Below, one piece after another: positions 27,815 through 36,579 of a stretch of DNA of 64,000 bases (positions within the stretch are counted from its first letter, which is position 1; each line of letters begins with the position of its first letter). The notes under the pieces are model-generated. The model worked only from the letters and a program-made list of their open reading frames with translations. It was not told the origin of the DNA and made no database searches. A program made the translations under genes and the position numbers. This DNA comes from an uncultured Methanosarcinales archaeon (lineage in GTDB: Archaea > Nanobdellota > Nanobdellia > Woesearchaeales > CAYVYK01): NCBI GenBank assembly GCA_964455675.1, contig CAYVYK010000007.1, positions 40,166 through 104,165 on the forward strand, read 5' to 3'.

Positions 27815-30058
27815 TCAGAATCCAGAAATGTTACCCGTCTGGCTTAAAATTGTTCCGGCAATCAGATTGAACAGTATCATGATCACCCCGGTCGTAATCA
27901 CATAAAAGACCGTACAACGGATCAAGTTTTTTCCTAGCAAATAGCGCTCGCTGATGCGGTCAGGACCGTTATCAATCCCATTCATCAGGATAGTGAGAAT
28001 GTACACGATCTGCACAACATAAATTCCGACAACAATCTGAAAGAAAAATGTGGGAATACCATCACCACCACCAATAAGAGAAGCACTCGCAAACCCCCCA
28101 AAACCTGCGGACGAACCAGAATCGCCGCCAATCTGGCTTATCATCTTTGCCTGATTTGACAAGAGCCCAAGGATGTTTGTGATCATAGACGTGATACCAA
28201 CTACAACTCCAGAGATGATTGGCGTGAGGAAATTAATTTGCGACTGCATGGAGCTCACAACATCCTCAAGAATGTCCTTTAAACGCTCATTCACAAGGTG
28301 GATCTCCTTGATGTAGCGAGAGACATTCATCACAGCCTGCGCAGCAATCGCTGGACCTTTCTTCACACCCTGGACGAGCACCTCCATGGAGCTCTCAATT
28401 AGGTTTGAAGGGAAATACGCAAGCGCACCATTCCTTGAACTGAAGATCGCCTCATGGACACTAAGACCCAGGCGGCGGATATTATTGTCCACAATCGCGA
28501 AGAATCTTCCCGATTCCGTGCCCTGCATGACATCTGATACTCGCCCAAAGGCAATCTCCGCAGGTATGCGGTCACCAAGACGGTTACCGAGCTGGAATAG
28601 GGCGGAGGCAAACTCCTGCTCAAGTTTCTTCGTTTTCTCACGAATATCGATCACGTTCTCCGAACGCATCTTGTAGTACACACCTAAACCCAAGCCAAAC
28701 GCCAGTGTCACGCATAAGCTTAAAAGAGCAGCACCGAGGCCAAACGGACCAACCTTATCGTCACGAGTGGTCTCCTCAAGACCTGCACGGTATTCCAGCA
28801 GGCAGAACTGCTGCTTGCACGCACTGATCTTCTCAAACGCCTGAGCGTTTGCCGCAGAAAATGTGATACCAAAATCAAAATCAGGAGCAACAAGATGGAT
28901 CAGCAAAGGAGAGAGACCAAGCAAGAGCAATATGACGAATACAGCCCAACCAACAGAGGCAGGTGACATCGTCCTCTTCTTCCCAAAAAAGTTGAACTTG
29001 TACTCGCGCTCTTTTACGACAGCAGAGCTCTCCGAGATATCCGTGCTGCCATACCCTGTTGGCCTTGTCGCAAGAATATTCTTTCCCATGTAGAACACAA
29101 CGAGTGGAAGCAGAACGTTATAGAGCATGGCAATATGATACCAGCGAATGCCACCCATAAAACTCACCATGAGCGGAAGCATGACAAGACCAAGGATTGG
29201 CAGTACGACTCCAAGCATGTTCAAGGTGGAAATCGGGGACTTGAGATTATGCGCAAAATGCAGCATCTTCTCGTATGTTTCCTCAAGAATTATCTCAAGA
29301 GACTTGTCAAGCAACGCAAGCCTTCGCTCCTCAGCAGACTCATAGAGCGATGAAATAATGAGATGGAATGACTCTAAAAACTCTGGATTGTCCTTGCGCC
29401 ACGTCTCAAGATAGGTATCAATCGCGTCCTTTACCGTATCATACTTTTGCGCCTCAACGTCCCAGAGAATCTTACGAAAGTCAAGACTTAAGGGCGGAGC
29501 CATGTGTTGAGAGGCAAACTCAATCGCGAGCTCAAGGTTTGAGGTGTGCCGCATATACGTGACAAGATAAAAAATGCAAACAACCATCTGATTGGAAGCC
29601 TTCATCCGCCAACCATTCGCCATATACTCAGGAAGCTTTTGCAGAGGGTAGAGTAGGATTACCGCGAAAAGAAGCGCAAACATGCTAAAGAAGAGCGTCG
29701 TCTTATCTAGGATAAGGGCCGGAATCAAGTATCCGAGAAGCCCTCCGAAGAACGCGATCATGATCGGCGCAAGATACGCAAAACTTATCGCGCCAGAGGG
29801 AGTGATGTCGAGATGACAAATATTGATATTCTCCTGCAATCGCTCCGCCTGCTTTGGATCTGGCTTAATCCCGGCGATCTTCTCGCTCCATGCGCAAAGC
29901 TTCTCATAGATGGAGAGATTCTTTGGCATGAACTCCCGCTTGAAAATCTGATACTCAGAACTGTACACCGGCCTAACCGTCTCCTTCTCACCCGAAAGGT
30001 CCTTCTTTAGCTGAGACTTATACTTTCGAGCAATCTCCTCATACGATGCGTTTGCCAT
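27815..30058 (-). CDS. FlaJ/TadC/PilC-like polytopic membrane platform protein (enlarged)
   Basis: 747 aa. Alternating cytoplasmic helical domains and TM clusters. Immediately downstream of (2-nt gap) the secretion ATPase. Confidence 0.55.
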   Translation of the reverse strand: MANASYEEIARKYKSQLKKDLSGEKETVRPVYSSEYQIFKREFMPKNLSIYEKLCAWSEKIAGIKPDPKQAERLQENINICHLDITPSGAISFAYLAPIMIAFFGGLLGYLIPALILDKTTLFFSMFALLFAVILLYPLQKLPEYMANGWRMKASNQMVVCIFYLVTYMRHTSNLELAIEFASQHMAPPLSLDFRKILWDVEAQKYDTVKDAIDTYLETWRKDNPEFLESFHLIISSLYESAEERRLALLDKSLEIILEETYEKMLHFAHNLKSPISTLNMLGVVLPILGLVMLPLMVSFMGGIRWYHIAMLYNVLLPLVVFYMGKNILATRPTGYGSTDISESSAVVKEREYKFNFFGKKRTMSPASVGWAVFVILLLLGLSPLLIHLVAPDFDFGITFSAANAQAFEKISACKQQFCLLEYRAGLEETTRDDKVGPFGLGAALLSLCVTLAFGLGLGVYYKMRSENVIDIREKTKKLEQEFASALFQLGNRLGDRIPAEIAFGRVSDVMQGTESGRFFAIVDNNIRRLGLSVHEAIFSSRNGALAYFPSNLIESSMEVLVQGVKKGPAIAAQAVMNVSRYIKEIHLVNERLKDILEDVVSSMQSQINFLTPIISGVVVGITSMITNILGLLSNQAKMISQIGGDSGSSAGFGGFASASLIGGGDGIPTFFFQIVVGIYVVQIVYILTILMNGIDNGPDRISERYLLGKNLIRCTVFYVITTGVIMILFNLIAGTILSQTGNISGF

Positions 30059-30060
30059 AT

Positions 30061-32343
30061 CTATTGTGACTCAGTCATCCGAATCTTCTTAACCTGGCGC
30101 GAAAACCAAGAGTCCCACTCTTCATAGATGCGACGGGAGTCAAGAGCGCCAACCTCCTCCCTCACTTGGTCCGAGATGCGGTGGAACTGATCATTTGCCT
30201 GCACGATAAACGCGGCCTCCATTAACTCAGGCATGTTCGTTGAATCTGCAACTTCCACTATCCGCTGCTTCATGTTCGCGCGAAGCATGATATTATCCCA
30301 CACCGCATCCCACTTCCCTGCCCATTCCCGAACGTTACCCGCGATCGACTTGAGGATGTCACTTTCGCCCTGGATGAAATCCTTCGTAGGCTCAAGCTTG
30401 TCAATCAGGGGATTGTACTTCATAAGGTCACCAAAGCCACCCTCACGAAGAGGATCATCCACCCAGAACTTTCGCACCTCGGTAACCTGCGTGACCCGAC
30501 GGAAACGATGCATGCCATCGGCACTCTTGATCGGATTTGCGACAATGATAATATCAGTCGCCTTGAAACTCGTGCGGGGAACCTTAAGATCATTCACAAC
30601 ACGATCGAATACACCATAGGGCGAATCACCGTGGATCGTACCCGCAACAACGTTCGCAAGCGCGCCAACACGCATCGCTTCATAGAGAGCAGTAGCCTCT
30701 TTGCTGCGAACCTCGCCAACGATAAGGCAAGAATCACCAAGGCGCAAGGTCGTGCGAATCCCGGTCTCGGCGTCAACCTCAGACGTTGCAGCACCGATAG
30801 CGGAACTCACCTTCATGGGCTGAATGTTATAGCCGAGCGCGCGCATCGAGCCAACAGGAAGCTCAAGCGTGTCCTCAATCGTGATGATACGATACTTGCG
30901 CATAATCTCAATCAAGAGCGCGCTCAATAAAGAGCTCTTACCCGCAGAGCGAGTACCTGCAACAAGCATCGTCCTTGAGCCGTCAATAAGGAAACTCATC
31001 AGCCCTGCGGAAAGTGGGGAGATCATTCCCTGCTTGATGAACAAAGGAAGCGTCCAAGGACGGTCACGATGACGCCTGAAAGCATACGCTAGACCTGAGG
31101 GGTTGAGCGGGGGAGAGATGACTGCGATACGCGCCTTTGATCCAGGAAGCTCAAGTTCAGTGTCAAGAATGGGATTTGCCTCATCCAAGGGGCGGCCAGA
31201 GATCAAACGCAGCTTTGTCGCCCATGAATCGGACTCGTTTGGCGTCGGATAAATGTTGGTGCGACAATCCTCAAAATCCTGATGAACGATAAATATGGGA
31301 ATCTGGCCCATGGGAGAATTAATCGTAATATCCTGAACCTTTTCGTCCTGTAGTAGTACCTCAACAAGCCCAAAACCAATCGTGTACCGTACAAGAATCT
31401 GCGTCAACTCATCCCAATCCTTTTCCTTTAGATGCACGCCCTTGAAGTCAGATAGCTCGCCAAGAAGGTCACGACCAACATTTGAGAACACCTGACGCAT
31501 ACGTTCAGGATCGATAAATTCGGCTCGCTTTGGCTTATGATCGGCAAGGATGTTTCGTGCCATATCAAGAAGCTCATACTTATCTTCACTTAAGCGAAAC
31601 TCTGGAGGCATCATGTGATAGAGGTACTGTACCGTCTCTGGAATACTGAAGATGGTCACTTCAGTCGAACCAACCTCATAGCTCTCAAGCTCCTCACCGT
31701 CAGATGGATAGTTCGCCATGAGCTTTGTGTACATGAAGTCAGGCTTAATCGTCGGCGCAAACAATTTCCGATAGATCTCGCGATCCCCGATGTGATAGTC
31801 AGAGAGATACGGCTTAGCCATAATGACAAGCTTTGTCTTGTCCAGCATGAGAAGAATGTAATTCAGCAGTTTCACCCAACGCTCCAAATGCTCCTTTCGC
31901 GATTTTTGCTCCTCGACCTCATAGTTGATCTTCACATGACGGTAGATCCGCTTGAGCTCGACGTACGCAGAAATCGGATCTCCCTTCAACCTACTGAACA
32001 CGATGTGCTGCAGCTGAGTGTATGTGGAGCTATCCTTTGATAGCCCCCGCATCTGGAATGAGAGAAGCCGCTGCCTCACAATATTTGCGTAGATACGCGC
32101 GATCTCAGCGACCATCTGCGTCTGATCATAATCATACTCAAAGTCTCGCTTCTGAGCAAACACGATTTTTGTCGCGGCACCAGCCTCCGCGAGAATCTCC
32201 ACCGTCTTTGACATACATAAGGAGTCGTCCTCAAGCGATGGAGTCTTCGTGTACGCCTCAAGGTCGATGCGAAGAATGATCTCCTGCCCTTCGCGGACCA
32301 CTTCATACTCAAAAGGCTTCTTACTTGACGTGGTCCCTGCCAT
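30061..32343 (-). CDS. type II/IV secretion-system ATPase (FlaI/TadA/VirB11/GspE family), enlarged N-terminal region
   Basis: 760 aa. Walker A LVAGTRSAGKSSLLSAL at about aa 450, Asp box, Walker B IIVGEVR, His-box-like region. Confidence 0.85.
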   Translation of the reverse strand: MAGTTSSKKPFEYEVVREGQEIILRIDLEAYTKTPSLEDDSLCMSKTVEILAEAGAATKIVFAQKRDFEYDYDQTQMVAEIARIYANIVRQRLLSFQMRGLSKDSSTYTQLQHIVFSRLKGDPISAYVELKRIYRHVKINYEVEEQKSRKEHLERWVKLLNYILLMLDKTKLVIMAKPYLSDYHIGDREIYRKLFAPTIKPDFMYTKLMANYPSDGEELESYEVGSTEVTIFSIPETVQYLYHMMPPEFRLSEDKYELLDMARNILADHKPKRAEFIDPERMRQVFSNVGRDLLGELSDFKGVHLKEKDWDELTQILVRYTIGFGLVEVLLQDEKVQDITINSPMGQIPIFIVHQDFEDCRTNIYPTPNESDSWATKLRLISGRPLDEANPILDTELELPGSKARIAVISPPLNPSGLAYAFRRHRDRPWTLPLFIKQGMISPLSAGLMSFLIDGSRTMLVAGTRSAGKSSLLSALLIEIMRKYRIITIEDTLELPVGSMRALGYNIQPMKVSSAIGAATSEVDAETGIRTTLRLGDSCLIVGEVRSKEATALYEAMRVGALANVVAGTIHGDSPYGVFDRVVNDLKVPRTSFKATDIIIVANPIKSADGMHRFRRVTQVTEVRKFWVDDPLREGGFGDLMKYNPLIDKLEPTKDFIQGESDILKSIAGNVREWAGKWDAVWDNIMLRANMKQRIVEVADSTNMPELMEAAFIVQANDQFHRISDQVREEVGALDSRRIYEEWDSWFSRQVKKIRMTESQ

Positions 32344-32497
32344 GCTTCACCTCTTTTCTTCGCTGTTCCCTGTACTGCTCAAGGGCCACTTCAATCAAGT
32401 GCGACTTATTCCGAAATTCCCGAGAATTCTTAGCGCTCTCCTCAATCCAACGGACAAGGCCTTCATCAATCGTCGCGGAAATAACCTTCTTGGGCAT
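32321..32497 (-). CDS. ribbon-helix-helix (CopG/Arc/MetJ-like) DNA-binding protein
   Basis: 58 aa (MPKKVISATIDEGLVRWIEESAKNSREFRNKSHLIEVALEQYREQRRKEVKHGRDHVK); beta-strand then two helices. Overlaps the ATPase start by 23 nt. Below the 60-aa track cut-off. Confidence 0.6.
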   Translation of the reverse strand: MPKKVISATIDEGLVRWIEESAKNSREFRNKSHLIEVALEQYREQRRKEVKHGRDHVK

Positions 32498-32520
32498 CCC
32501 GCTTCTCCACAGTGCAGTGG

Positions 32521-32530
32521 ATTTATAATA
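32521..32530 (-). promoter_or_regulatory. TATA box (minus-strand tattataaat) 24 nt upstream of the RHH gene, within a 140-bp AT-rich repeat-rich intergenic region
   Basis: Read directly. Region 32521-32637 is about 80% AT with tatat/attgta repeats. Confidence 0.4.
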
Positions 32531-32637
32531 GTTTCTATTAGTAAATATTATATACTATATTTTATATTGTATTGTATATCTTATAATAGTCTCATTTGGA
32601 TAGTGAGTTTATAGGCATACCATTGGATGGAATTATA

Positions 32638-33462
32638 TTAGATGGAACCATAATACTGCTGCATAAGCAACGCGTCCCCTTCAATACTCGGGGACTCGGA
32701 AATAACGATGCCTTTCACACGATAGGTTCTCAGAACGCGCAACAGATCCTTCCATTCCAAGTCACTTTCTTCTAGGTTCAGATGATAGCGCTCACCTTTC
32801 TCAGAGTACTCAATACCGGAAACGTGGATGTGCATATTGTCTAGCCCGCCACGACCAAGGTAGCGCTCAATCGTCTCCAGAACCACGCAAAACTCCTTTT
32901 CAGAATTATATTTCCCCTCACGCGCATGAATATGCGAAAAATCAACGCAGGGCATCACCTGCTCCACTTCAGAACTCAAACGGCACAGCTCGATAAACGA
33001 CCCAAACTGAGATGCCTTGCCCGTCGTCTCAGGCCGCACCATTATGGGAATCGAACGATCACGAAGTATGCCCACGATGGAACGCAGACGCTGCTTGACT
33101 GCATCATACACGAGCGCTGGATCACGCTTTTGGTAAAACGCAGCGTGAAAACACATACTCACTGCGCCACACTCATATGCCCGAGCGGCGGCATCAACCA
33201 CCCTTTGCATGCTCGCAGAAGTGATTTTCGGATCAAGAGAAAAAAGATTGATAAAATACTGGCCGTGACACGTGAGCATCAAGTCATGCTGGCGCGCTAG
33301 AGTACACACGAGCGGAGCTTTGCTCGCGGAAATATTGATTGACCGCACAAACTCCAATTCCATTCCGCCAAGCCCAAGTTCAGATAGGCGCGCAAACGCA
33401 TTCTCAAGCGAGCGCGGAACTGTGGATAGCGGAGCACCAGCAGTACCAAAGCGTAGCATCAT
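32638..33462 (-). CDS. nfo: endonuclease IV (AP endonuclease family 2)
   Basis: 274 aa. TIM-barrel AP-endonuclease-2 signatures (CFHAAFY, HIHAREG and DNMHIHVSGIEYSEKGE metal-binding His/Glu clusters). Confidence 0.8.
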   Translation of the reverse strand: MMLRFGTAGAPLSTVPRSLENAFARLSELGLGGMELEFVRSINISASKAPLVCTLARQHDLMLTCHGQYFINLFSLDPKITSASMQRVVDAAARAYECGAVSMCFHAAFYQKRDPALVYDAVKQRLRSIVGILRDRSIPIMVRPETTGKASQFGSFIELCRLSSEVEQVMPCVDFSHIHAREGKYNSEKEFCVVLETIERYLGRGGLDNMHIHVSGIEYSEKGERYHLNLEESDLEWKDLLRVLRTYRVKGIVISESPSIEGDALLMQQYYGSI

Positions 33463-33471
33463 GCAACGAAT

Positions 33472-35124
33472 CTAGCTGATCACAATCTCTGGAGGCAGAT
33501 TATTGCTATCCTCCGCTGTTGGCTCCACCGTAGGAGCGGGCGTCACAACCGGGGTTACCGAAGGTGCTTGACCAGCTGGGGCCTCTTCTGCCAAGAGAGT
33601 GTCCAGAATCAGCTCAAATTCTGCCTTCTCCTTGCCGAGGTCGTCCTCCTGCTCATAACCTGTGCCAACGCGCACATACCTGCAACCGAAGATGAATGTC
33701 GGGATTGATCCATCGGGATTGTATTTCTGGTACACTGCCATTTCCGCATCAGGCACAGTTCCTTCTTGACCAGTCACCAATTCTTTCCCGGTATCAACCT
33801 CCCAATGGTATGCTGTAATCAAATCACGGTCTGCGTAGTCCTTGAGAACCGCGTCAACTGTGTCCTTTATCCACTGGCAATGCGGGCACCAGCTTGTCGT
33901 AAACACACGCGCAATTGGCTTACCCTCTGCATCACGGCAGATCGGATCGCTATTCATCATGAATGTCAGATCACCGACGGGAGCCGACTCCACAACAGAG
34001 GGTGTTGGCGTCGCAACCATCGATTGCGAGAAGACAATCTTTGCTGTGGATCTCAATTCAGAGATGTAATCATCGATCGCCTGGCGCTGCCCCGCAATCG
34101 CAAGTACGCGCTCAGAAGGATCTGAGATGTCGGTCAGGAGCTTCTGCTCTGCCTCTAGGTGGCTTGAGACTTTGATGATGTGAAAACCAAATTGGGTCTG
34201 TACAACATCAGATACCTGACCTTCCTGTAGAGCAAACGCAGCATTCTCAAACTCTGGAACCATCTGACCTCGCACGAAATAGCCAAGGTCACCAGCAGTC
34301 TCTTTCGTAGCATCCATGTTATACTGAGATGCCAAAGCTTCAAAGCTTGTGCCCGATTTCAACTGCTGCAAGAGATCAGCGGCAATGGTCTCATTTCGCA
34401 CGTATATATGGCTTGCCCGGATACGTTCAGGAAGCTCAACAGGCTTTACCTTAAAGACCGTCTCATTAATCAGGATTGCAAGCCTATTCGTGTCCTGGTA
34501 AAACGTAATAAAATCTGTCCTAGATATGTTCCTGCTCGAGAGCTCCATCTCAATCTGCGAGAACGGAATCGGGGAAGCATTGAACAGACGGCTCACAAAC
34601 GCCTCAGCGTCCGCGTAACTGTAGTCAACACCCTGCTTTTCCGCCTCCTCTGACAGAAGCTTTTGCACCACAAGGTATTCCGACAAAAATTGTGATTTTG
34701 GCAGCATATCCTTCTGGGAATCCGGAATACCCGACAGGAAGAAATAAAGTTCATATTGCTTGTTCAATTCCTCCTCTGTTATCGGCTGACCATTCACTGT
34801 CGCTGCAATACCAGCTTTCAGGTCACCAACGTCTGATCCTGGTGGTTCGGCCGTTTGAGGAGTGAGCAACCTTGGAAATACAACCATGACAAGTACTGCC
34901 ACGACAATCAATACTGCAACAAGAATAGTGATAATAATCCAAGCGGGAGTCTTTTTCTCATGCTGATGGTGGGAGTGGTTCTTCTTTACCTCAGCATCCT
35001 TTGATCCGTTATGCTTGTGACCCTCATGATGCTTGAAAGACGCACTTTCCTTACGATCGTCCAGCGGCATGTCATCATTATCCTCATCCATCTCTTCAGT
35101 TTCTGTAGGATCCTTTTCATTCAT
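33472..35124 (-). CDS. membrane-anchored fusion of PpiC/parvulin PPIase domain and thioredoxin-like CxxC domain, with His-rich cytoplasmic N-terminus
   Basis: Start likely ATG 35124 (MNEKDPTE), not track 35244. N-terminal HHEGHKHNGS...NHSHHQHEKK, one TM helix, then parvulin core SHIYVRNE...GDLGYFVRGQMVPEFENAAF...GFHIIKV. C-terminal WCPHCQ thioredoxin motif. Confidence 0.7.
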   Translation of the reverse strand: MNEKDPTETEEMDEDNDDMPLDDRKESASFKHHEGHKHNGSKDAEVKKNHSHHQHEKKTPAWIIITILVAVLIVVAVLVMVVFPRLLTPQTAEPPGSDVGDLKAGIAATVNGQPITEEELNKQYELYFFLSGIPDSQKDMLPKSQFLSEYLVVQKLLSEEAEKQGVDYSYADAEAFVSRLFNASPIPFSQIEMELSSRNISRTDFITFYQDTNRLAILINETVFKVKPVELPERIRASHIYVRNETIAADLLQQLKSGTSFEALASQYNMDATKETAGDLGYFVRGQMVPEFENAAFALQEGQVSDVVQTQFGFHIIKVSSHLEAEQKLLTDISDPSERVLAIAGQRQAIDDYISELRSTAKIVFSQSMVATPTPSVVESAPVGDLTFMMNSDPICRDAEGKPIARVFTTSWCPHCQWIKDTVDAVLKDYADRDLITAYHWEVDTGKELVTGQEGTVPDAEMAVYQKYNPDGSIPTFIFGCRYVRVGTGYEQEDDLGKEKAEFELILDTLLAEEAPAGQAPSVTPVVTPAPTVEPTAEDSNNLPPEIVIS

Positions 35125-35214
35125 GAATAATCCCCCCTTGTGATACCCCCGTGGAGTCCTTCCACGATTAATAAACTTTGTGCATTTTTCCCACCGAGAG
35201 AGATTACCGATAAG

Positions 35215-35222
35215 TATAAATA
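35215..35222 (+). promoter_or_regulatory. TATA box (tataaata) 23 nt upstream of ATG 35245
   Basis: Read directly. Confidence 0.45.
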
Positions 35223-35244
35223 GAAAGCAACCGGCCTTTCTCAT

Positions 35245-36570
35245 ATGTATGAGATTGTTGTGGGGCGGAGCGATAGCGATAAAAAACAGTACGGAATGGC
35301 CGGCACGATACTTCTAGGTAAACATTATGTCAAGATGGGCCAGACAACATCACTCTCAAACGAAGTCTACATGGATGTAACGAGAAGCCATATTGTCTTT
35401 GTCTGCGGAAAACGCGGCGGGGGAAAGAGCTACACCATGGGAGTGATTGCAGAAGGCATGTCAAACCTCCCTGACAGCATCTCCCACAACATTGCCATCG
35501 TCATGCTTGACACGATGGGAATCTACTGGACAATGAAATTCCCGAACATGCGGGATGAAGAACTCCTTAAAGAGTGGGGGCTCAAACCCCAAGCCCTTGG
35601 CATCAACATATATACACCGGCAGGATACTACTCGATCTACAAAAAGAAGGGCATTCCAACCGACAAACCATTCTCGATCATACCATCAGAACTCTCGCCG
35701 ATGGAGTGGATGATGACATTCAATGTTGACATATCGACACCCCTCGGTGTTGCTATAGAGAAAGTTGTCATGAAACTCAAGGATGAGCGCGAAAAGTTCT
35801 CCATCAAGGATATCATCATGGAACTGCGCAAAGATGAGGAGATCGATGCGGCAACAAAGCTATCCGCAATCAACCGATTTAAAAGTGCGGAGCGATGGGG
35901 GCTATTCTCAGATGAAGGAACACCACTAGCCGACCTCGTGCGCGGAGGCCAGGTCACAGTACTTGATGTCAGCTGCTATGCAACAATACCTGGCACTGAA
36001 GGTATTAAGGCACTCGTCATCGGGCTCGTCGCACAAAAACTATTCATCCAGCGCATGATAGCGCGAAAGAACGAAGAATTCCAACAAATCCATCAATCCA
36101 TGAACTTCCTCTCTGAGGACGCTGACAGCACGAAAGAAATACCTCTCGTCTGGCTAATCATCGATGAGGCACACGAGTTCCTACCAAGGGAAGGCAAGAA
36201 CGCGTCAACTGACCCACTTATCACCATACTGCGGGAAGGTCGACAGCCAGGAATATCACTCATATTAGCCACACAGCAACCTGCAAAAATCCACACCGAT
36301 GTTATGACCCAGAGCGACATCGTCATCAGCCACAGGCTCACAGCAAAAGTTGACACGGACAGTCTTGGGCTTCTCATGCAAAGCTACATGCGCGAAGGCC
36401 TTGACACTCAGCTGTCAAATCTTCCAAGCTCCAGCGGATCGGCGCTCATATTTGACGACAACAATGAGCGAGTGTACCCCATGCGGATCAGACCAAGATT
36501 CACGTGGCACGGAGGATCAGCACCAACAGCGATCCCAGAGAAGAAAGAGATTTTCGAAAACCAAATCTAG
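35245..36570 (+). CDS. HerA-like (DUF87) P-loop ATPase, orphan (no NurA/Mre11/Rad50 nearby)
   Basis: 441 aa. N-terminal HAS-barrel-like region, Walker A VCGKRGGGKSYTMG, Walker B LIIDEAHEFLP (DEAH), LILATQQPAKI...SHRLTAKVD matching the HerA/FtsK C-terminal motifs. Confidence 0.7.
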   Translation: MYEIVVGRSDSDKKQYGMAGTILLGKHYVKMGQTTSLSNEVYMDVTRSHIVFVCGKRGGGKSYTMGVIAEGMSNLPDSISHNIAIVMLDTMGIYWTMKFPNMRDEELLKEWGLKPQALGINIYTPAGYYSIYKKKGIPTDKPFSIIPSELSPMEWMMTFNVDISTPLGVAIEKVVMKLKDEREKFSIKDIIMELRKDEEIDAATKLSAINRFKSAERWGLFSDEGTPLADLVRGGQVTVLDVSCYATIPGTEGIKALVIGLVAQKLFIQRMIARKNEEFQQIHQSMNFLSEDADSTKEIPLVWLIIDEAHEFLPREGKNASTDPLITILREGRQPGISLILATQQPAKIHTDVMTQSDIVISHRLTAKVDTDSLGLLMQSYMREGLDTQLSNLPSSSGSALIFDDNNERVYPMRIRPRFTWHGGSAPTAIPEKKEIFENQI

Positions 36571-36579
36571 AATGATCAT

